Shown here: one piece after another, positions 54,993 through 64,000 of the stretch
Numbering within the stretch: the stretch's first letter is position 1
How the letters are laid out: the number at the start of each line of letters is the position of its first letter
IMG/VR virus record: IMGVR_UViG_3300032280_000361
Length of the DNA: 64,000 bases
Reading direction: 5' to 3' (one strand)
From: a virus
Taxonomy: Duplodnaviria; Heunggongvirae; Uroviricota; Caudoviricetes
Program-made: the position numbers and the translations under genes
The notes under the pieces: generated by a model
Told to the model about the DNA's origin: nothing
Database searches by the model: none
The model's input: only the letters and a program-made list of their open reading frames with translations

Positions 54993-57286
54993 TAGTTTAT
55001 CTTTACTTTTAATTGTTTACCACCTTTATTAACCGCATCAGTTGTTGATATTGAAGTTAATCCTAATATACTATTTAGAGTAACCAATGGAGTGAATGTT
55101 ATTTTATATTCAGTAGTTTTATCTAATGTAGCTGAGCCATCGGTTATCAATGAACCCAATGTTATATATGCACCCCTATTAGTTCCAAAATTAGTTGCAT
55201 TACCTTTTGTTGTAAAGTCTACCTTTTCAAATTTTAAAGCGGTATTATCATAGTTTAAATTGAATTGTGTACCAACCAATTCTTGTTGTAATGGGTCTAC
55301 AGATAGTGTTACTATAACTTTATTACCAACCAATTCACCCATAATTAAAGCGGTTACCTCATTTGAAACTGAATTACTACTCAAACTCATTGTTCTAATA
55401 GAATTACTTGTCACACTACTTACACTTTGTTGTGCGGAATGTGATAAGTTTACATCTCCTAACCAAGTTACACTCACGTTATATGTGTTATTTAAACTAC
55501 TTAATGTAAATGGAAGTAGATTACGAGTTGAATTAAATTTAGTTTCCCAATTTGATGTTGTCACCGCATCGTAATCTGATTTATTGTACAACTTCATTAA
55601 ATAAGTTAATGCAGTAGATTGCGAAAGTGATTGAACACCTGTAAGATGTTGTAATAGTTTGTAAGTATCTGACTCATTGAATACACCATTACCATCCACA
55701 TCCGCATTTAAATACTGAATACCATTTGTTAATCCCAAACCACTCTGATTTCCCAATATACCTTTATCTGATAATTCTTTGAATGCCAAATATACATCCG
55801 ATACACCTACGATACTACTATATAATGTATTTAGTTCCGTTTGACTTGAATGTGTTAATTCTATCCCATGTGGTTTGTACGCCATTATTGGTGAAAAGGT
55901 AAATTCGGCTTTCGTTCCATACCAACCATCTTGTAATCTTAATTGAGCTTGAAATGTTGATGAAGTTATTTTGGTTGTTAAATTACCAGGCATTATATAT
56001 GTTTTCCAAAATCCACTTACATTATTAATGGTAACCGGTCCATCGTATATGTCAAATAATTTAATTGATGTTATGTTGGATGGAGATACTCCCGTTCCAT
56101 CAAATTCTCTTTCATCTATTAATAATTGATGTCCACCTAAATTTGCATCATACGGATTTATTATTGCCCATTCAACTTGTCCTGCGGATGTTGTTGCTCT
56201 AATTCCATTTGCGGTTTTAGCTGTATCCAACAAACTTGTCAAATCAACTTTACCCAATCCACTCAATTGTTTAGCAGTTCCGTTTATTATATTCCAATTA
56301 TTATTTGTAAATGTGTATCCTTTTGCTGAAAATTTAGTTTCATCTATATTAGTTCCAAAATCAACATTGAATGCCGCTCTTAATACTTCTCCGTTTGAGT
56401 GAACAACACTATTACTATAAAATTCAGTAAATGTAGCATCATCGGGATTAGTCCAAGTTCCATATTCGATTACATACGGATTGTTAAAATTATTTGGCAA
56501 ATCATTCCATTGAGAACCACCACCCCATTTAGTTACTGCGTAATCTTCATTACCACTATTGTTTGGTTCACCACCTGCCCAGTTATTATATTGACCAGGA
56601 ATGTTTCCGTTTGTTTGTCCGTTATTGATTTTGATTAGAGTTCCCTTTTCAGGTCCTGCATCAATTGTCCATCTAGCTTCATCTACTTCATCCGTTAGTG
56701 CAAACCAAATATTACCTTGCGGAACATTAGCAAATATAAACGCATCTTCATCAGCAGATGTGATTGTTACTAAATATCCGGTCTGTCCTTTGAATGTTGT
56801 TAATAGTGATGCGGCTCTTGCATTTGTATAAGTTGCGGTTGTTGATATTGGTCTATAAAAGTGTCCGTTTACACCATTGTAATAATATCCAACAGGATTC
56901 ACAGTTGCTGCAACTGATAATTGAACATTACCAACTACTGAACCTGTATTTATTTTTAAAGATTCCAATGCAGTATTGATACTAGCCATTGTACCCGTTA
57001 CTACCAAACGAGTTTTATTACCACTTAAAGTAAATCCACTTGCGGCAACTAAACCTCTCGTATCGTTAAGATAGAATGTAGTATTTGTTGATGGATTAAT
57101 TAAACTGATTGATGCTAACAAGGTAGATGTTGCACTAAACCCACTTAATACGAATCCACTTCCATTTTGTGCAGTTGTAGATGGTATAAACGATTTAGAG
57201 TCCGGAGCAGATATACTCTGTCCGAACCCTAAAAGTGATGTTAATAAAAATAATAATGTAACTAATATTTTTTTCATATTATTCAA
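54992..57286 (-). CDS. Secreted protein with C-type lectin, dockerin-like and C-terminal cohesin-like domains
   Basis: NGHFY, GYLVTITSADE, YNNWAGGEPNNSGNEDY, WNDL, YVIEYG; ADVDGNGVFNESD; GTQFNLNYD. Confidence 0.8.
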   Translation of the reverse strand: MNNMKKILVTLLFLLTSLLGFGQSISAPDSKSFIPSTTAQNGSGFVLSGFSATSTLLASISLINPSTNTTFYLNDTRGLVAASGFTLSGNKTRLVVTGTMASINTALESLKINTGSVVGNVQLSVAATVNPVGYYYNGVNGHFYRPISTTATYTNARAASLLTTFKGQTGYLVTITSADEDAFIFANVPQGNIWFALTDEVDEARWTIDAGPEKGTLIKINNGQTNGNIPGQYNNWAGGEPNNSGNEDYAVTKWGGGSQWNDLPNNFNNPYVIEYGTWTNPDDATFTEFYSNSVVHSNGEVLRAAFNVDFGTNIDETKFSAKGYTFTNNNWNIINGTAKQLSGLGKVDLTSLLDTAKTANGIRATTSAGQVEWAIINPYDANLGGHQLLIDEREFDGTGVSPSNITSIKLFDIYDGPVTINNVSGFWKTYIMPGNLTTKITSSTFQAQLRLQDGWYGTKAEFTFSPIMAYKPHGIELTHSSQTELNTLYSSIVGVSDVYLAFKELSDKGILGNQSGLGLTNGIQYLNADVDGNGVFNESDTYKLLQHLTGVQSLSQSTALTYLMKLYNKSDYDAVTTSNWETKFNSTRNLLPFTLSSLNNTYNVSVTWLGDVNLSHSAQQSVSSVTSNSIRTMSLSSNSVSNEVTALIMGELVGNKVIVTLSVDPLQQELVGTQFNLNYDNTALKFEKVDFTTKGNATNFGTNRGAYITLGSLITDGSATLDKTTEYKITFTPLVTLNSILGLTSISTTDAVNKGGKQLKVKIN

Positions 57287-58934
57287 CTATTAAGTCGATT
57301 TTATTTCCTTTTGAATCAACTGCATCCGCTAATACAAAGAAGAATAAACCTGCGGTATTAGTTAGAGTTTCTTTCGGTGTGAATATTAATGTGTATGGTG
57401 TACCGGTTTTGATTCTAGCTGTCTTTAATTGGTCAATAGAACCAAATGTTAATCTACCACCATCATGCGTTGAGAAGTTAGTAATCGTAGAGCCGGCATC
57501 AAACATCACATTATCTAAAGTTAATTTACTTTGGTCATAATTCATAATAACTTGCAATCCAGCTAATTCTGCTTTTGTTAAGTTTGTAGTTAGGATTACT
57601 TTACCACCTTCCAATTTAGATGATACACTTAGTGTTGCTTTTTCAACTGCAAGTGTCTGATATGCTAAAGGAGTAGTACTCATAGATTTTATTGAATTTG
57701 TACTTTTAGCATTCACCGAATTTGTATATTGTCCACTTGCTATTTTACTAGCAATTACAGATGGGTCCGATGAATGTGACCAGTTCAAATCACCACCCCA
57801 TGCATATACCGCATCTACCGTTTGTGATGGAGCCGTAATTAATACTTTGTTTTTAACAACACCATCTAACCAATTTTGATTTAACAAACCACTATACCAT
57901 CTTACTGATGTTGAAGTTGAAGTAGGAATCATAGCAGGTGTATCCACATTAATACCCATTACATGTGCAAATAAGTAATAAGAATCATTCTCACTAAATT
58001 CGGTTTTGTTTTTTGTAATTAAACCAACTTTCTTTTCCAATAAAGGATATGTAAAGAAGTTTGGAGTTCCACTAATATCAGTTTGTGAATGACCTAAGAA
58101 AGCCTTATATGCATCTGATACCGTTACGATATTATTCATCCAAGTTTTACTAAATGCAGGTCCAACGAATACACCAACTGAATCACCCACTTTAATTTGT
58201 GTTGTGAAAAGTGCTTCACCGGTTGCATCCAATGATAATTGTGCAATAGGTTGTTTTGTCCAATCAATATCACCACTACCATCTGTTTTAAGTGGCATCA
58301 ATTGAACCTTATGGTCTGTAATTGAAGTGTATGTAGTTGGGAATAGGACTCTAACTTTGAATTGAGATGTATTTCCCGTTACATTTGTTATAGAAGACCA
58401 ACCTCCACCAAATATTGTTCCAAGACTCGCACCCGCAGTATCAGTACCGGTTGCTAAATCTATTTTGAATATATTGTTGTAAGTATTTTGGTCTTTTAAG
58501 ATATACTTTTGAGTAGCAATTGTACCACTAATAGATGCATCAGTTCTCTGAACAGTCAATTGTCCAACATTCCAATCTGCGTTTACTGCATAACCCCAAG
58601 GTGTTAATCCATGTTGAAGATTCAACTCATTATCACTCACCGTAGTGTTTGGAGTAAACTTATAGTTATTCCAACCTGTATAGAATGTTTGAACTGATGT
58701 TCCTTGATTGAATACGGTTGAAACATACGTTAATGCCTTATTGTTAAATTGGTATCTGAACCAAAGATAACGAGGATTTTTAATTATCGTTCCTTTTGTT
58801 AAGGTATGAGTAACTGTTAGAGTATCACCAACTTTTAACCCCGTTGTAGGAGCTATCGACTGAGTGATTGTTAATTGCCCAAAAGATGATAGAGATATTA
58901 AGAATATCCCTAAAAATAAGATTAGTTTTTTCAT
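57279..58934 (-). CDS. Secreted cohesin-like / dockerin-like protein (paralog of 54992-57286 C-half)
   Basis: KVGDTLTV..F.YQFNNKAL; VTVSDAYKAF; WGGDLNWSHS; GLQVIMNYD. Confidence 0.7.
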   Translation of the reverse strand: MKKLILFLGIFLISLSSFGQLTITQSIAPTTGLKVGDTLTVTHTLTKGTIIKNPRYLWFRYQFNNKALTYVSTVFNQGTSVQTFYTGWNNYKFTPNTTVSDNELNLQHGLTPWGYAVNADWNVGQLTVQRTDASISGTIATQKYILKDQNTYNNIFKIDLATGTDTAGASLGTIFGGGWSSITNVTGNTSQFKVRVLFPTTYTSITDHKVQLMPLKTDGSGDIDWTKQPIAQLSLDATGEALFTTQIKVGDSVGVFVGPAFSKTWMNNIVTVSDAYKAFLGHSQTDISGTPNFFTYPLLEKKVGLITKNKTEFSENDSYYLFAHVMGINVDTPAMIPTSTSTSVRWYSGLLNQNWLDGVVKNKVLITAPSQTVDAVYAWGGDLNWSHSSDPSVIASKIASGQYTNSVNAKSTNSIKSMSTTPLAYQTLAVEKATLSVSSKLEGGKVILTTNLTKAELAGLQVIMNYDQSKLTLDNVMFDAGSTITNFSTHDGGRLTFGSIDQLKTARIKTGTPYTLIFTPKETLTNTAGLFFFVLADAVDSKGNKIDLIVE

Positions 58935-58935
58935 T

Positions 58936-59586
58936 TTATTTTTTTTCCAATAATTTTGTTACTAGCTTATCGGAGGCTTTCTTTAATGCATTGCTTAAGG
59001 ATGTTTGGTTAAATTTACCACCCTCATCAACTATTAGTGTAGACATTGAGATTTCAGATGATGATTCTTCTACCACCACTTGCTTCTCCTTCTTACCGTC
59101 TTTATATAAGATACCTTGTAATCTAACTACTACTTCTTCTTCTCCTTTATGGAATACTGAAATATTGGTTTTTGTTGTAAGCACATCTAAGTAAACGATG
59201 TTTACTTTCAATCTCTGTGTCGCAGATGGTGATAAATCTAATCCCTTTTCCTGAAGATATTCTTCTAATATATTCTTTACTCCAAACGCTAAATTTCTGT
59301 TTCCTGCTAATTTACCAATCTTAACTTGATTTTCTACGGATTCAACCCAAATATGGTCTTCGGCATTATACCAAATATTAACCGGGTCATTCTTAAATGT
59401 ACCATCGATTCTCCACTCAATCCAATTAATAACATTTCGTTGTAGCTCATGTTTACCAGAGAATTCTAAATAAACAAAGAATAATTGAAAACATAGGGCG
59501 AATACAATCCATAACCCTGTTAAATAGAGAAATCCTAATGCTAATTTATTTCCTAAATTTGATGCTAACGCTTTAATGTAAGCCAT
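58936..59586 (-). CDS. Membrane-anchored protein, divergent paralog of CsgG-like 49898-50620
   Basis: FGVKNILEEYL vs LGVANITLEYL; KFNQTSLSNALKKA vs KFNQSTISIATKKA. Confidence 0.6.
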   Translation of the reverse strand: MAYIKALASNLGNKLALGFLYLTGLWIVFALCFQLFFVYLEFSGKHELQRNVINWIEWRIDGTFKNDPVNIWYNAEDHIWVESVENQVKIGKLAGNRNLAFGVKNILEEYLQEKGLDLSPSATQRLKVNIVYLDVLTTKTNISVFHKGEEEVVVRLQGILYKDGKKEKQVVVEESSSEISMSTLIVDEGGKFNQTSLSNALKKASDKLVTKLLEKK

Positions 59587-59715
59587 AATCGTATAATTAT
59601 TTGGTTACCAAAACCCTAATTACGAAACGATTATCAGAACACTCTTTATTACCTCTATAAATATGAGTTATCTCACCTTTACTCAAAAAACTATAGAAAA
59701 AATTCGTTTAGACAT

Positions 59716-59743
59716 AAAAAAGGTGGAGATTTCTCCCCACCTT
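59716..59743 (-). terminator. Intrinsic terminator after TBDR gene
   Basis: AAGGTGGGG-AGAAAT-CTCCACCTT then U tract. Confidence 0.7.
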
Positions 59744-59765
59744 AATTAAAACTTAATATTAAATA

Positions 59766-62700
59766 TTAGTTAAATAAGTATCTAACTCCCAATTGAATTT
59801 GGAAACGAGAACCAAATCCTACGTTATCTCTGAATGAATCAGTAAACGGAACTTTGTTTCTACCATCTAAATAAGGGAATGAGAAAATAGGTGTCTTACC
59901 ATCAGTATCCAATTTAACAAAGTTAAGTGGAGTTGTTGTGATAGGAACTTGTTGAATACCTAAATCCTTAGATATGAAATTTGTAAAGTTGTAAACATCA
60001 GCTGTGAATCTTAAAGTGTGCTTTGATTCCTTTACTTTGATATAGAAATCTTGTGTAAAGTTCAAATCCAATCTGTTAACCCAAGGTAACACTAATCCTT
60101 GTCTTTCACTCATCATACCTCTACGAGAGTTTAAGTATGGATTGTTTGAAATGAAAGCATCTAATTGATTCCACAATTCAGTTTGTGTTCTTGTATCAGC
60201 TACACCACTTACAGCAGATGCATTGGTTAATTTAATTTGAGATGCATCTTTAGGAACGAAGATTAAATCGTTACCATTGAAACCATCATTATTAATATCA
60301 CCACCATATGTGTAAGAAAGAGAAGATTGAAGAGCGTTAGGAGAAGCTTCATATAATAAACCAATTGAAGTTCTTGTGTTCTTAATCAATTCTTTACCAT
60401 AGTTCACACTAGCAATAATTCTATGAGGTAGGTAGTTATTTGATAAACCTTCCTCAAAGTTGTTAGGGTTAGTACCAGTTGGTCTAGCTCCCCACATTGT
60501 AAATGCAGTTGAACCATTGATTGTAGCATCGGTTGCAGTTTGACGAGTATAAGAAGCGGTTACCGCTAAATCTTTAAATTGTCTTTGTACCTGCAACGTT
60601 CCAAATAAAGTATAACCAATGTTTGCATTAGTCATATAAATTGCGTTACCGATGTTTGGATTTTGTGCAGTTTGTGCCGCTCCAGTTGCATCGTAAACTG
60701 AACGTTTAACGAAACGAATTCTACCATCACTTAATGTTGTGTTACCCTCTGAAGGTAATGCAACGTTTTGGAATACAGTAGCATTGATGTTCTTAATATA
60801 AGTTCCTTCCGCAGTTACTGTCCATCCTAATACTTTCCTATCAACTGCTAATGTAGATTTCCAAACTTGTGGGAATTTGTAATTAGGGTCAGTTACATTA
60901 AGAGAATATGATTTAGATAATCCAGATGTTGGGGTTGGTCTATACTTATCGATATCAGGTGAGAACATATATCCTGTTCCGTTTGTAATAGAACCAAACA
61001 ATGCCATACCACTATTAGATGCCTGATTTGAAATCCATACGAATGGAGGAGGGCCCTGGAATAATCCCGTACCACCTCTTACTTGAGTTGTTAAATCATC
61101 AAACACATCCCAGTTGAAACCAACTCTAGGAGAGATTTGTAATGAAGCCTTAGGTGCTAAACCTGTGTTCAAATTAACTCCACCATAAAATTTATCCAAC
61201 CCATCAACTACCGGATTGTAAAGGAAATTATCAGCAAAAGAAACATAATCAGCTCTAACGCCATAGGTTAAAGTTAGATTATCTTTTACTCTGAATTTAT
61301 CCTGTGCGAATAAACTTAATTCAGTATTCTTTGGTCCAACTAATGGGAAACCACCACTTAAAGAATATGATAAATCATAAACTGCCGCTGCTTTCTTTCC
61401 ATCTGCTGAAGCATAGAAATCAGCTAAACTATTAAAACGATATGCACCTGCAAATGAAGGTGAGAATCCGTTTGAATATTGTTTGAATGAATTTTGCGTT
61501 CCGAATGTAAATTCGTGCTTACCTTTGTATAAATTGAAAATGTTATTCACTTGAATTACATCGGTATTCAATACGTTACCGTATGTAAATCTTTCAAAAC
61601 CGAAAGTTGTATAAGGTAAACCATTGCCATCTAAGATATCCACTTGTGGGAAATTACCATCACTCAATGAGCTTCTGAAATCTCTTAATTGTGTAAATCC
61701 GATTTGTAATTTGTTGTTAGCTGAATTAGAGAAACGAGTATTTAATTCTCCAATTAAGATATCGGCGTTGTTGTTAATTACATAACCACTACCAAAGAAA
61801 GGTAATGCAGTAACTCCTGGTCTTCTACCATTAGATGAGTTAATTGAACCACTATTAGAAGCAGGAATATCAGCTGAAGAACGTAACATTGTATATTTCA
61901 ATGAGAACGAATTCTTATCGTTAATATTCCAATCCAACTTACCAGTCAATCTTTGTGATTTTGAACCATACTGATAACCTTGATATGAACCAGGGTTGTA
62001 TCCGTATTTTTCAATTAAGAACTTTTGTAAAGCATCTAAATCAGCTGCTTTAGCTTGTGAGATATTGATACCATTTGGAGTGTTATTAGCATCAGATGCT
62101 ATCCATTGTGTACCAGGTTCCATTCTTTCTTCTTGCTCACCATTTACAAAGAAGAACAATTTGTTTTTGATAATTGCTCCACCTGCTGTAAATCCTTTCA
62201 AGTCATAAGTGAATGGTTGTTCCGGTAATGTAATATCACCTACTTTGTAACCCTGTAAATCTTTGTTTTTAAAGTATTGATAAACCGAACCAAATGATTG
62301 ATTCTTACCACTACGAGTAACTGTATTCACCGAACCACCAGCGAATCCACCATACTTTACATCAAAAGGAGAAACGTTTACTTGTATCTGCTCAACTGCA
62401 TCTAATGAAATTGGTTGTGCCCCTGTCTGTCCACCTAACGTTCCATCTCCTAAACCAAAAGAGTTGTTGAAGTTAGCACCATCCAAAGTAACGTTGTTTA
62501 ATTGAGAACTCATACCACCGAATGATAAGTTGTTCTGAGAAGGAACTAATTTTACTAAATCTTTCCAACTTCTATTAACGTTTGGAACTCCTTCGATTAA
62601 TTTTCTACTGATAATCTCTTGAGAACCATTACGACTAGAGTTGAATACTTTACTTTGACCAGATGTAACCACCACTTCTTGTAAATCTGTAGTACTCTCT

Positions 62701-63026
62701 TTTAACGTAAAATTAGATTTGTGTGTTTGTCCCAATAACAATGTAACATCGCTTTCAGTTTCAGTTTTGAAACCAACGAATGAAACAGTAATTGAGTAAG
62801 GTCCACCGATTTTTAGGTTAGGAAGGTTATAACGTCCATCAATACGAGTTGAAGTACCATACTTCGTACCCGTAGGTTGGTGAACAGCTACAACAGTCAC
62901 ACCTGGCAATCCAGCTTTACCGTCAGAAATCAATCCCTGAATTTCAGAAGTTGTCTCTTGTGCGTTTGCTCCTAATGATACTAATGTAATCATTATCAAG
63001 AGGAGAAATTTTCCGATTTTTTTCAT
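59766..63026 (-). CDS. TonB-dependent receptor, Oar-like, with N-terminal carboxypeptidase-regulatory-like domain
   Basis: Signal peptide from MKKIGKF (63026), LPGVTV.A.H.PTG, DGANFNNSFG, PISLDAVEQIQV..SPFDV..GGF.GG..N.VTRSG, C-terminal QLGVRYLF. Confidence 0.92.
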   Translation of the reverse strand: MKKIGKFLLLIMITLVSLGANAQETTSEIQGLISDGKAGLPGVTVVAVHQPTGTKYGTSTRIDGRYNLPNLKIGGPYSITVSFVGFKTETESDVTLLLGQTHKSNFTLKESTTDLQEVVVTSGQSKVFNSSRNGSQEIISRKLIEGVPNVNRSWKDLVKLVPSQNNLSFGGMSSQLNNVTLDGANFNNSFGLGDGTLGGQTGAQPISLDAVEQIQVNVSPFDVKYGGFAGGSVNTVTRSGKNQSFGSVYQYFKNKDLQGYKVGDITLPEQPFTYDLKGFTAGGAIIKNKLFFFVNGEQEERMEPGTQWIASDANNTPNGINISQAKAADLDALQKFLIEKYGYNPGSYQGYQYGSKSQRLTGKLDWNINDKNSFSLKYTMLRSSADIPASNSGSINSSNGRRPGVTALPFFGSGYVINNNADILIGELNTRFSNSANNKLQIGFTQLRDFRSSLSDGNFPQVDILDGNGLPYTTFGFERFTYGNVLNTDVIQVNNIFNLYKGKHEFTFGTQNSFKQYSNGFSPSFAGAYRFNSLADFYASADGKKAAAVYDLSYSLSGGFPLVGPKNTELSLFAQDKFRVKDNLTLTYGVRADYVSFADNFLYNPVVDGLDKFYGGVNLNTGLAPKASLQISPRVGFNWDVFDDLTTQVRGGTGLFQGPPPFVWISNQASNSGMALFGSITNGTGYMFSPDIDKYRPTPTSGLSKSYSLNVTDPNYKFPQVWKSTLAVDRKVLGWTVTAEGTYIKNINATVFQNVALPSEGNTTLSDGRIRFVKRSVYDATGAAQTAQNPNIGNAIYMTNANIGYTLFGTLQVQRQFKDLAVTASYTRQTATDATINGSTAFTMWGARPTGTNPNNFEEGLSNNYLPHRIIASVNYGKELIKNTRTSIGLLYEASPNALQSSLSYTYGGDINNDGFNGNDLIFVPKDASQIKLTNASAVSGVADTRTQTELWNQLDAFISNNPYLNSRRGMMSERQGLVLPWVNRLDLNFTQDFYIKVKESKHTLRFTADVYNFTNFISKDLGIQQVPITTTPLNFVKLDTDGKTPIFSFPYLDGRNKVPFTDSFRDNVGFGSRFQIQLGVRYLFN

Positions 63027-63063
63027 GTGTTTTTTGTTTTTGTTTAATTGTTTATGTGTATAT

Positions 63064-63097
63064 AAAAATAAAGGGTGAGGGATACACTCCCCCACCC
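63064..63097 (-). terminator. Intrinsic terminator inside the TBDR 5' leader
   Basis: GGGTGGGGGA-GTGTA-TCCCTCACCC-TTTATTTTT. Confidence 0.75.
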
Positions 63098-63203
63098 AGT
63101 TGGTTTACTAATTTGTCTGTTCCTGCAAAGAGGACAGAATACTTCGGTTTAAACTATAATTTTCCTTAAAATTCACTAATAATAAAATATTCATATATAA
63201 CCA

Positions 63204-63235
63204 CAAAGATACGAAAATTGTTTTAAATTTCCAAA
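63204..63235 (-). promoter_or_regulatory. Bacteroidota-type promoter upstream of TBDR leader
   Basis: TTTG-N20-TATCTTTG. Confidence 0.75.
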
Positions 63236-63255
63236 TCTTTTTTCAAAAATAAGTA

Positions 63256-63987
63256 TTAATTTTTTTCTTTTAAATCGTATGGTTGCTTAGTTTCCTCATC
63301 AAACCAATACAAACTTCTATGAGGAGGGTCATCTTCTTTATGAGTAGCATCTGATACATAATAGAACAATCTGAACCCATCCCTAGTAATGTGCTCCGGA
63401 CAATTTAAATGGTTAGGATGTCCATGAAATGCGTTCTTTTCGTGTTGCCAGATAACCATATTACCATTTGATGGGTAATATTTTGTTACACATTCTTTCC
63501 TATCTTTATCCCACAATTGTATATCTCCATTCCAACTTTTTTCCCACTCAGGATTAAGATATATTACCAATGTTAACTTTCTGTGAAGTTTTAACTTTTC
63601 GTTCCAATTGAAATCAGAATGAACCTGCAGAGAATCTCCTCGATAACATCTCATATAAGATGCTCCAACTAACCAAGGGTCTGGAATTAATCCATCGATA
63701 CCAGTTACTCTTTCCAACCAATTTACAAAATACTTAGAATGTAAATCTCCTATTAGATTATGTGCAATCGGACAAATATCACCCGCTTCACATAGTTCTA
63801 CCATATGAGAACCATTCCTAGTAAAATTCTTTAATAGATTATTATGTTTTCTATAAGAATCCGTAATCTCATTCTTCATACTAAGAACTGATTCGGAGTC
63901 TAAGAAATTTGGAATTTCTAAATTGGGAAATGGTAGGTTTGATATGAACCCCTTATTGAGGGATTCATAATCACTATACCTTTCCAA
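63256..63987 (-). CDS. 2OG-Fe(II) oxygenase (start uncertain near window edge)
   Basis: PFP...I.NFL, GLIPDP, L.VHSDFN, YLNPEW...W.G...LW, FHGHP, R....FYY. Confidence 0.85.
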   Translation of the reverse strand: MERYSDYESLNKGFISNLPFPNLEIPNFLDSESVLSMKNEITDSYRKHNNLLKNFTRNGSHMVELCEAGDICPIAHNLIGDLHSKYFVNWLERVTGIDGLIPDPWLVGASYMRCYRGDSLQVHSDFNWNEKLKLHRKLTLVIYLNPEWEKSWNGDIQLWDKDRKECVTKYYPSNGNMVIWQHEKNAFHGHPNHLNCPEHITRDGFRLFYYVSDATHKEDDPPHRSLYWFDEETKQPYDLKEKN

Positions 63988-64000
63988 AAAAGAAGAGATA

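Noticed and set aside
63027-63095. Longer TBDR start at 63095 given by the ORF track
   Set aside because: It begins inside the terminator hairpin; the signal peptide starts at ATG 63026

Overview
This is an AT-rich segment of a very large (jumbo-type) dsDNA phage genome, with essentially every gene on the minus strand. The host is probably Bacteroidota: there are 17 copies of the Bacteroidota -33/-7 promoter at fixed spacing, plus a TonB-dependent receptor and T9SS-CTD-like domains. From the left it carries groEL/groES, RNA ligase, polynucleotide kinase, phosphoesterase, DNA ligase, apt and rfbC. An RNA-gene island (7.9-14.5 kb) holds 25 tRNAs covering all 20 amino acids, several aberrant tRNA-like RNAs, small stem-closed ncRNA candidates and a ~860-nt GOLLD-like RNA. 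Further right are small early genes, iscA/iscU, heme oxygenase plus a ferredoxin-dependent bilin reductase, a glycan-modification island, a MoxR AAA+/vWA pair, a lysis module, and a cell-envelope operon (CsgG-like paralogs, cohesin/dockerin-like lectin proteins, stand-alone CTD-like lipoproteins, beta-barrel, TBDR). The strongest candidate for a new system is a 52-codon leader ORF (13027-13185) that samples 19 amino acids. It carries an antiterminator against the intrinsic terminator sitting directly in front of a promoter-less block of 12 tRNA genes, which suggests a translation-sensing attenuator that switches on phage tRNA supply when host tRNAs fail. All calls are by eye from motifs; no database search or folding program was run.
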